This document shows, piece after piece, positions 1-11,500 of a stretch of 64,000 nt of DNA. The position numbers were made by a program, and so were the translations under genes. This stretch comes from Ascidiella aspersa (Eukaryota): assembly GCA_963924565.1 (NCBI GenBank), contig OZ004607.1:12276001-12340000 (forward strand), read 5' to 3'. Every line of letters starts with the position of its first letter. Position 1 is the first letter of the stretch. The notes under the pieces were generated by a model. It saw nothing but the letters and a program-made list of their open reading frames with translations. It was not told the DNA's origin and made no database searches.

Positions 1-134
1 AATACCGGCAAGCGTCCAACCAGCAGCCCGACGCTCTTGAGGTCGACGAAAATAGCAAGAAGAGATTTCCGGCCTACAAAGGAGTTTACCAGCCTCCGTT
101 CAGGCGCCAAGCGCTCCAGCAAGGCAACAGATGA
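1..134 (+). CDS. 3' end of a putative alternative terminal coding exon of the KIF1 gene (KIF1B-alpha/KIF1C-like), partial
   Basis: GC-rich frame 3-134 reads YRQASNQQPDALEVDENSKKRFPAYKGVYQPPFRRQALQQGNR-TGA, then switches abruptly to AT-rich UTR-like sequence; lies in the intron just before the [13 protein letters not shown] exon. Confidence 0.55.
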   Translation, partial: YRQASNQQPDALEVDENSKKRFPAYKGVYQPPFRRQALQQGNR

Positions 135-2430
135 GATCAGAAAAATGATCCATTTTCTGTAGAACTATTTTTTTCTTTTGCTGGATTCTTAAAAAATTGT
201 GTCACTTTAAATAATTTAGTTAATTATCACGGCGGAATGTTTCAGGCCGTTTTCTTAATGGTTGCTTTAGCAGTGTTTTTTTATAATTAAAGCTACTAGC
301 GTTATTTGAACGTTTATCAGCATCATTTTACGTATAATTTCTAAATGTACAGAGCATATATGTAGATAATGGTTCTCCACTGTGGGAAGTAGTGCCCAGT
401 TCTTCAAGCTGTGTTTTAAAAATTTGACGACGAAGTAATTACAGTTGCCAAATGCGATTTCACGCTTTCCATAAGTTCTTGCATTTAGACAATTTGTTTC
501 GTTCCAACTTATAACGTATGATTTTCGTATTTTTGCGATAGTAGAAAGCTCAATATTGTAAGTAAATGATTGCTAAGAAAGCAATTCTGAGCCCCTTGAG
601 ATAAAATCTAAATAAATTGAACTGAAATAATATCTACTAATTTTTCCGAATAATAGATTTACAACGTCAAACATTAGGAAAATACGAAAACGCTTAGGTT
701 AATTTACCGACCTTGATCCAGTTTTGAGTTTAATCGTCATTTTGTCGTGCGCTATTCGTGCCAGTTAAGTTCGTTTTTATCTTCGGATTTTACCTGGAAA
801 TTTCCCCGGCCTTACCGTACAACAGCTTTCGTAAGAACTGAATAAATTATTAAAAGCCTCATGTAGGAAAGTCATCCCCTCAGCGTTTAAGTGTATTTCT
901 GTGTTTTATACGCGCCATTTTGCCTCGCCTGCACGTCGAATATAAGTTTTACAACAACAATGCACCATAAGCAAGTGTGCGCTTATCTGCCATAACTCTT
1001 TGAGTCAAGGCTCAGGCAAAAATTTATTTAGAGGTGAAAATTGCGCAAAAATATTTAGTAAAATGTTATAAACGAGGTTGGTTGAGCGGTATTTGAGATG
1101 ATATTGGATTCCCACATATGTTCTTGGCTGCTGTTTTGAAATATTCACCTGCCAAAATTTGCTCCAAAATCGTCTCAATCTCAAACATAGTCGTAGAAAA
1201 AGTGTTGGAACATGACATACCATAGAAAGCCATGAAACGGACGCTGTAAGGTAACAGTTAATGGTTTTAAATTATTTGATTATTTTTAGGAAATTCAATA
1301 TTGACGTCCGTAAAAAAATGAAACTAGTCGAATAGCAGCCTTTTTCCTGCTTAATTTCATTGTGTAAATACAAATTTTGATTGCCTATATTGCCTCTTAT
1401 CACTGTATAAGGAATTTAAAGAACAACGTGTAGTACAAACAGTTGTTCACAAGTCGACAAATAATAAATTGACAAATCCATTCAAGTCATACACTTTTTG
1501 TTATTAAAAATAGCTTTTTTAAATCAAGTGTACAAGTTTTCGGCGTTTCTTTGATTTTGAAGCAGTAGAATCCGCAATGAATAATAAACACGCAAGGATA
1601 ACCCAAAACTCCTAAATCTCTCTGTACCGAACTAAATTATTTATGTCTAGTTTAGAACTTCAACAAAAGCACTATAAAGTCGTCATTCCGATCCCAGTAA
1701 TACCGTACACATTTACTTGCTTATATGAGTCATGTGCTCAGCTCGGCAGCTTAATGACTAAACACCTCAATAAGAATGGATTCTATCGTGTTAGAAATAT
1801 TCGTAAATGGGTTCTTTCTGGTGCAATTTTAATTATTGATCTATACATTGTTCATCTTTGTTTAGATTTGTTAAGCAGCTTCTAGTCCTACAGTGCCAAC
1901 ATTTGGGATAGCAACTTGTATGCACTTATACTTCGGGTATTGTTTCGCCTAACAAAGCAAATTGCCGTGCGTTGCAAAAACTCTACGTTTTGGCCAACAG
2001 TTTCTTTAAATAATGCGACTATGGATATTTTGGAATTCGTTTTTGATTTTTGGCATAATTTTTCACTACGTAACACTTTTTGTTCGAATTACAAGCCAAA
2101 ACAAAGACCAATCCGCTCAATAGTTTTTTTAACAATCTGACTTCTGCCGAGTAACGGCTTCGAAATGCAAAAATCAAGGCGATATACTAAGTGATTATAT
2201 AAATGAAAAGTTGTTCTAAACAATTTCGAATTTTGCCAACGAATTCTCAAGACTTGTCCGGCATTAAGGGAGTAACACGTCGTTGTATGTTTTAGTTTTG
2301 AGGTTTTTTTTTACATTGACCGCAGCGCCGTGCGTTATTAACAAAAATGCGACTGTTTTTTTGACGTTTTAATCCGTCCAAAATCGAAACAACGGACCTG
2401 CGTTTTAAGGCGTAAGTTTGCTTCTGACAG

Positions 2431-2515
2431 GAATACGAGCACAGGCTGGAGGTGCTACAGCAACAAATGGAAACACAAGCTCTCGCCCCCAGCGACACAC
2501 ACAACCAGTTGGCAG
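2431..2515 (+). CDS. KIF1A: KIF1 exon [28 protein letters not shown]
   Basis: ctgacag| acceptor, |gtggg donor; resembles the KIF1A/B DYESKL-type coiled coil. Confidence 0.85.
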
Positions 2516-5500
2516 GTGGGATGCAAATTTACGTTAGTTCGTTTATTTTGCTTCGACCGTTGTGCCTGTGAGGGGCTGCTGATAGTATTTAGTTGTTTTT
2601 TACCCTTAAAATACGTTTGGTGGCTTGAAACTTCTGGTTAACATTAAGGCCATAAGCGTTTGTCCCTCACCCTATATCATCCTTGTTCGTTTTATTTGCA
2701 AAATAATACATTTTGATTATGGTGTTTCTGTCAACTTTTGCGCATACGTTCACTTTGTAGGGATAAAGTGTTAATGTCAAAGGTTCATAAACGATGGGAT
2801 AAGGACTGTAGTTGTTTACGTTTTTTACTTAGCGCGACCAAGCTATTTTGAAAAATAGTGACGCAACATCCTGTAAATCGCGCGTTAACGACAAACCTAC
2901 ATCCCAACACGGCGTCCGTAAACCGCCGTTAAGTGCGGCTCCCCGATAATACATTAGCGTTTTACAATAAAGCAATAAGCAATAAACGTCGTCTCCACAC
3001 GGCTGCTCTGCCGACCAAAGCGCCAACCAGCTATATAGTAATCGAAAAACCAGTTGTCGTCTGTCGGGCTTCGACACGCTCGACCTTAACGTCGCCATCG
3101 ATCCGTTCCAGACTCGGGCCGCTCCTATTTTGACGAAGAGGAGGATGAGAAAGAAAAGGAGCAGTGGAGTGAGAGGGAGCACTCGCTGGCGCGCTGGGCC
3201 TGGGACAAGTGGGCCAACTACCAGTTCACCTCGCTACGGGACGACCTCTGGGGCAACGCCATCTTTCTCAAGGAGGCCAACGCCATCAGCGTCGAACTAA
3301 AGAAGCAGGTGCGAGATGGCCAGAAGCCGAATTGTTAGACAACCAATAGAGCAGAGAGTAGGCTTGTATCGATTTCGTTACGGTACCTGTTATGACGGGC
3401 GCTTCGGCCACCGAACAGCTTGGCAATTTGCAACATCCCGTACATTACGTTAGTCGTTATGTGCATGGGACATTTATTTAGATTACATACTCAATACATG
3501 TGAAAAGGGTAGCGTAAAAACTCTTTAAGGTCTGTATAACCATTGGTATGATGTTTTATATATAGTGCATTTATATAAATAGGGACTAAATCTTTAACCA
3601 ACGTATAAATAATAGCTATCGATTTTCTGTTTTAAATTTAAGAATGCGTTTCACATGTGTGTTGTTTCAATTTCTTTATAGTAACATCGCAGTAAAACCA
3701 CCAAGCGAAAATTCTTAAAAAGCGTGCCGCGGACCAATCATTTTTAATGTAAGGTCCCGTAACCCCCAAAAGATGGAAACGGGATTTCTAGTTCGTTTAT
3801 TCCAGACAATAGCGATGTCTTTTTTACAATTTTACTGACTTTTTAAAATGTTTTATACGAACTTATTAGCACAGGATGTTTTTCCAGTCTAACACATTTA
3901 AACTTGTGTTGCCCAACTAAATGGTTTACCCGTCGCTGTTTAAAGTAAATTGTGACGTCATCGCAGGTGATCTTCCAGTTTATTCTCCTCACCGACACGC
4001 TCTACTCCCCTCTACCGGCCGATCTGCTGCCCACCGAGGCAGCGAGCAAGCGTGGTCCTTACAACAAAACGGTTGTGGCCGTGAAGGTGTGCGACCACAA
4101 GAACGGGGCAACGCACTTCTGGTCGCTGCAGAAACTGAGGTATAAGATGTCGTGATCCAGCGCTGAAATCTTCTTGGTATTCTATCTTCGTTGAATGCGC
4201 TTCTGACGTTTCCTTATGTTACTTACGTCCGCAACAATTCTAGTAACTGTATCGACCGTATGCCTTGTTGCCAGCCCGACTTTAACACGCAATACGTTTA
4301 TCTGGAATTTAAACGTTAATTAATTATTATTGCCCTGGCATTTTCCCCTAATTGTAGAGCACGTTTAGCAGATGTTTGTAGATTTTATCACGTCTATTGT
4401 AGGAAAACACCTGAGTGCTACGTCACGCGTAAACTCAAATTTACCTTACTTATTACAAAAACTACTTAATCTTTAAAACGAAGTCTACTCTTTGTGGTTT
4501 GACGTTATAGGTTTGCTTTTAGCCACTTTGTCGTGTTTAATTCTCATAAAAGGATTTACTTTAATATATTATCTGGTTTGGACAGATAGTGCCTTTTTTC
4601 ACTGACTACACCTAAGCCAGCAAGGCAAACCTTTTTGTTATATAGGTTAAAAAGAGACCTTAATCTATGAAAAAACACAAGTTGGCCATGCCTTAAATTA
4701 CATTGATATTTGTAAAAAATTGTACAACTTATTCCTGCATGTTAAGTATTTTAGGTTTAATTTCAAGGTTTGGCAGGAAGCTTCACTCTACAAGGATTAT
4801 ATTTTTAGCATAGTCGGTGGATTACAAATGTTGTTAAAACACTTATTCATTGATCAAATATTTATTTGGGATTTGGTATTACAAAATATATATATAAGTG
4901 GGTCAATAACATTTTTTGCTGGGTTACTTGGTTACCTTACCCAAAAAAACAAAAACAAAACGGCTGTGCCGTTTTGTAATAGCCCCGGAACACAATCTAG
5001 TTATTCTTAATTATGACGAATTTTGCAAATCAATTTTTGAGAAATGACACCCAAGAAGAAATTTCATTGCTGGCGTTAAGAAGTCTCGAATTTTTTATCT
5101 GGAAAATAATTCCATCCCCAGGCAACGTCTCGAGCTTATGCGAAAGATGTACGACCAGGTGTGCGATTGCCCGCGGGAGCCGGGCACGCCAGTCAATCAC
5201 CAGCAGGACCCACTTAAGGACAGACTGGCTTGGGTGAAAATGCTCGGCAGGTAATGTCACAGCTGTTCGCGAAAAAAATATATGTAGATTTCGCACGACA
5301 CAACATAGTTACACCCACCACCTTTTGTAACGAATATTATATGATCGTTTTCTAAAGTAAAACGGCAAAGCTAAATAAACCGTTTGCTGTTTTTAAGAAA
5401 TATTATCCTACCATATTTTTATTTGAAAATGTTCTCGTTTCGTTGTTGGCAAATTAATTAAATTTTAGTTTTAAAGATTTTGTAATTTATTTAAAACTTA

Positions 5501-8500
5501 CCTTGTGTGTGTTGTTTTACTTTTTTGCCAACCTTATTTGACGGATGGGTACGCATTTTTATTTTTGGCTGTTATATCGCAACTGCAACAATTGCATGCA
5601 ACGAATCATTCTGCTATAATGCATGTAACTCACTACCTCCACCTGCTGTAACTGCCGTTTGAAATTGCGATATTTTTCTAACTCGCAAAAAACAAACTTG
5701 AAACACGGTTTTAACTCGTTGCTCGACTTGGTTTTCCGACTGTACCAATCTGGTCTTGTAAATTTGGCTTAACATTATGACAATGCTTGACGTTTATCGC
5801 CTGCGAAAACAAAAAATGTTTTTAAAAAATTAAATTAAAATCCAATTTTTTTGTAAATTAAAATAACATTAATGTGGCAAATGCAAAATATATTTAAAAA
5901 TTCTTCTGAATTATTTTTTTCCTTTTTAACGTGTTTGGCTTAATGACTAAACCCTGACTGTTCGTTGCTTCGCGCGCTCACCCCGAAAACCACCCCGCCT
6001 CATTGGGGTACAAAGGCACTTTAGCCCCCCGAATTTCCACCTTTCCTGCATACGTCACGACCCCAACGACGCAACGCCCCCGTGCGGAAACACCCCCCTT
6101 AACAGTCCCGTCCCCGATTCCAGGTTAACTGGGGCCCCAGGTTCCACCATGCCCCACTCCACGTCAGAGAACAACTTTCTGGGTACCAGGAGCCCCACCC
6201 TGGGTGCTTTCCCGGCTTCCAGTTCACCCCCTTCCCCGGTGACGGTGCACAAATCCTGCTCCATGTCCAACCTCGAGTATGAGTCAGCGATTTACGCGCT
6301 GCTGAGTCAGCAGGATCCCTTTTACGATCGCACGCCCTGGTTTAGCATTGTCGGCAGGTTGGTGATTGGCTGCTGCTACCAGTAGTGATGTTGCTGTTTT
6401 ATTGTGATTCTATAAATGATACGCAGTGATTGGCATGGTTTTGCTGATGCATGAATCTTTGGATTGCGACCAGATTTACCATGACTTTGTTTTGCGGCTT
6501 TAAAGCAGGCTGCGGAGTCGGAGTCAGACTCGGGACTCGGGACTCGAGTAAGACCTTGTAAAACTACCCGAGTCCCGAATCCCGAGTCCGACATGCGCAT
6601 GCGCAGTACCGAATTTTAAAATTGATATGCCGCCAAATGGAAATTGTAAAGGTGGAATATTATATGGCGGATTTTTTTCCGACCTTGTATTGTGAGTGAA
6701 TGAATTATACGACCCCCCATAAGTGGATTGCTGAATATCCACGTTATTTTAGTTACGTAAATTGGTGAAATACAGGCTGTAGTGTCCGGGCTGGACTCGG
6801 GACTCGACAAAAGTCCAACTCGGGTTATTTTTAACCGACTCCGCAGCCCTGCTTTGAAGTACGAACTTTGGCATTTTAGTGATTTACAATTAAATATGAA
6901 CGAAATTGTTGACCACATTTAACACACTCTAACTATACCGCAAAATAAATGACTGCTTTTATTACACTTTCGGATGTTTTTTTAATTCATAACCCGTCTT
7001 CCTATAAAATATGCCAAAATGGCTTTAAACTTAAAAAAAGTGATCTTTTACCCTATAAAAAATAATTAATAAAGTTACATTTTTAATTTATAAGTTGTTT
7101 TTAATATTTGCTATATTGTTCTTTTGATATTTCGTTCATTTGGTAAATATATGTTGTAAATAGTTACCTTTATTAATCCTTATAATTGCTTGTACACACC
7201 TAGGGGTTTCGTGTACCTGAGCAACCTGCTGATGCCCGTCCCTCTTGTCCACAAGATGGCGGTGGTGAGCGACACCGGGGAAATTCGGGGATTTCTGAGG
7301 GTCGCCGTTCAACCCATACTGGGTAAGCACAAGCTATTTGCATATAGGTGTTGTTATATGTGATTTAACTTTTACTGTAGCTCTTTTTTTTCAACGGAGT
7401 TAGCTAACCCTTAAAATGCAAATACATTTTAATTCTTCTTCGAAATTAGCTTCTTTATTAAGTATAAATGCACACGTTGCAATTAATCAGATATGTATTT
7501 TATAAATTAGGGAAAAATATATTTTATTTTGTAGCTTTTTGTAGTTTTTCCAACGTTTAATGTGGCATTTTTCTGTAAATATATAATAGCATCGTTTTGC
7601 AGCGCTTTAGTGGTACAATTCAGCCAGTGCCTTTGTTAGTCTAAAAGCTAGAGTGTATAGAACTAAATCTACCCGCCTACAATACAATTATTTTGATTGA
7701 TAGGTTTTAATTAGTTTTCCAGCATAATGAAGTAACGTTAAATTACTCCAGGCACAAAGGGAAACCGCAACGACGCATGGAACAACACAGCGATGCAGTA
7801 CACGAGCAGGCGACAGTCCGCCACCGCCCACATAAAGTTCGACGAGCTCAGCGTCAACGTATGTGCTGGTTACGCTTTAAAGATATGTAGCAGGCCCTGT
7901 TATATAACCGATGCTTAGCGCGAAACATTTTAAATTGACGGGCGCACACCTTTTAATTGGGCCTTTAGGTTTGATCCAACAAGGCGGACTTAAGAATGGC
8001 GCATTATTGAAAAATATCACCGCTCTATCTTGCATTACACAATAAATATATTTTACTCCTATAAGCATCATCAGCTTACAGAAAACAAATATATTTATCG
8101 TGTAAAATCCCAAGAAATAGATTTTCGGTTTACCTATAGTTTTGTACTTTCTGACTATTTCGTTCTATCTAACATAGCGTATTTAATGCTTACACGTATT
8201 ACTCGATATAAGCTTTCCAAACATTGAACTTTATGTCTGGAGTGATGACCTATTTTTTTCAACTAGACTGGAAACCAATTTACAAAACCGACACTTGTTT
8301 TCAGTTTTAAGACAAATACAGCTTTAACCGAGTTGCAACACAACACTGAAGCCTGTTTTCCTTTAAAGAACGCAATGTCCTACCGGCTGCAAATATAAAA
8401 CATTTACTTTAGCTGGAGGAGCTCGCTTCCGAGTCCGGGTGTGACGTGAGTGAGGACTTCGACACGCGAGTGGTGGAGGGACGGGGAGACAGCTCGGCCG

Positions 8501-11500
8501 AGAATTCCATCATCGAGAGCAAGGAGGACAAGGACGACCCCGGCAAGTTGTCGGCCGACGACTCCGGCACATTCGACGCATCTGGATGCGAAGGTGGGCG
8601 AGAGGAATATCAGTAGAGAAGTTTTTGAGAAAGTTTTTGGGCCATGTCTTGATACTCGGGTGTACATAGGGCAACCACTTAGGGTCGCGCTATAACGCTT
8701 ATGTATGATAACTTTTTTGAAACTGTTATGATTCGTCTAGTTATGCGAATTTGTTTCGGATATCTAACGTATTGCCATTATGTTTTTACGGAATTATATC
8801 ACGCCATACTTTCTGAATAATCCAAAACTCGTGGAAGCTGTTTCTAGATGGTTGTTTTGCTAACCTTTTTTTAGCGTTTTAGAAGAAAACGTTTTTAAAA
8901 TCCTTAAATTAAAAAATATTGTATCCCTGCCTGTAGTGTAAAGAACAAGTGGGAATATGACCGCTTCATGTGAACTACAGTTACCGGTTTGTAATTTTAA
9001 AATCTACCAAGGCTGTGTGCCTTGTTTAAAAACTAGTTTTAATGGATACAATAAACTTAATTAAAGACTTCACTAAAGTCGATTTGTTCAGTGAGAGGTG
9101 TGGCGCGAAGTTTTGATTAGGAAACTGATTGCATATAGTTATTAATATCTTTTTTATGTAAAATTGCGGGGCTGCAAGCGTTTAGAACTAGGAAGGCTTA
9201 AGTTCCGTTATACAATTAAAGCCTGGTTATACAAAAACCTGCATATTAACACACTACACCCAAATATTACCATTAAATTAAACATTAAAAAACAAAATCA
9301 AATTAGGAGAGAAACAGAAAATACATATTTTATACTTAAACGACCATGTATATTTCAATCAGGAAAACTGAGGCGTTCGCCTTAAAAATTATAATATTTA
9401 ATAAATACCCAACCTCGCTTTAAAAATTACATATTTTTATGCTTGGTTTTAATTTTATATTCACGTTTCTTTCACCAGTCTTCAGCGAGCAGAATACGTT
9501 GGGCGACCTTGCAAATCACCTTGAAATCGGTTCGGAATTTCACTTTCGCGTCACGATTCTCGACGCCGTGGGAATTTCCACAAAGTACGCCGACATCTTC
9601 TGTCAATTCAAGTAAGTGCGACATCACAAGTACCTGTTGTTGTGTTTCTGGGAATACCACTATTTCAGTGGTTCTCAACCTTTTTTTTGGCGGCCCATTT
9701 TCGTTGCATAAAAATTATGTGGCCCAATGAATTTTTGTGAATGGACAAACTATAAAAAGGTTTAGAACAAAATATAGCGGAGCATATAACAATAAATTAC
9801 ATTTCATTTACATTCATACTCAATTCCTCCCCAAGGCATTATTCCTCTAAAAGTTAGGTATAGTGAAACAAATGGAACTAAATTCTTCAATAAATCTAGC
9901 TTTTCAAAATTGGTCTGTGGCCCATCTAGAAAGTTTCCATGGCCCACTGGTTGAGAACCGCTGCATTGTAAGCGCAAAGAAGCCCTTTTAAATAAATTAC
10001 TGTTTTGCGACCCTTCAGGTTTTAAAGGAGTAAACAAAACAGTTTTGCTCTGCCTAATCACGCATTCTACAGAGCATCTCAATCTAGAATTGTAGTTTGC
10101 ATGGTTTTACCATTTGGGTATTTACCTTTTATTCGGTTGTAACCCATTGTGTAAAAATAAAATCAAACAGTCAATACTCGCGGCCACCAAAACGCTTTCG
10201 GCATACTGTTAATTGTTAATTCCTTAATTTTCTTATTATTAGATGGTTTCTATCGCTTAATAGTTCGAATGTTCATGGGTTTTTATATTTTTAAACATTC
10301 CAATCGCGACTTACTTCAAAATACAAAGTATTGCTCGCAGTAGGAACAAAACACAGCTCCAAACGAGTCGGCACGTCTCTCGTTCTTGAGAACGATGCGG
10401 TCATTAATTATTCACCATGCACCTGACGCTTATTTTGTCTATGACGTCACAATGCCCACTGTTGTTTTCAGCTTTCTGCATCGACACGACGAGGCATTTT
10501 CCACCGAGCCGCTGAAAAACACAGGCAAAGGCGCGCCCCTCGGATTCTATCACGTGCAGAACGTAAGCCTTTTTTGCCAGCGTGACGTCATTCAGGGACC
10601 TAACTTTTTGTGACGTAATAACTGACGCGACGGTTTTTCCCGATACCGATCGCCCGGGACAAAATCGATGCATTTCAATCCATTCCACAAAAACTATATG
10701 CCAGTGTTATGTGACTTGCTTCGAATCTTCTACTGTCCGCTGTTAACCACAAATCGTTTAATTACGTTCGCCACGGTTGGCGACTTTCTTCTATTAACCG
10801 ATCAAGTGATGGAAATTGAATAATTACTTTTAGATTTAACTGTATCGGAGGATCATAGTAATTAAGCGAAATTTCTTAATAAAGATGCTACTGTTACTCT
10901 AAATACAAACATTTATGGTTTTTCAGTTGTTATTTTTTTGGTGCTACTCTTTTAAGTATATAGTTCAGTCTGTTTTAAAGCTGGTAATAAATATATGATT
11001 GTAATTCGGTAAAGCCACAAGTGTTTACTTTGTACCTCCATTTAAATATATGATTAAATTGAACCTAACGATATCACCAGAATAAGGTAATGATGACTGT
11101 GCCATAAAGTCCGATTATCCAACTCACGTGTTTGCTTGTCCTTTCAGTTTTGCGTCAAGGTCACACCACGCTTCATCGACTACATCCGCTCGCAGCCAAT
11201 CATATTCGAGATATTCGGCCACTTTTCCCATCATCCTTTGCACGAAGACAGCAAAGACATGGAAAGGTGGGCGATGATAAAGATATTTGTTTTTGAACTG
11301 TTGAGGAAATGATTTTTATTGATAAAGTGATTTGCTTGCCATTCTGCAGCTTTTACCTTCCGACGTCCGATGCGTCGTATTGTAATCATGCGATAAAACC
11401 TGATATTTTATGCAAAGTTATTTTGACTTGCAAGGAAACAACTGGTAGTGCTTTCTTAAATTTAGGCAGACTTTTAGGTGATTGAAATAACTTGTCCTCT

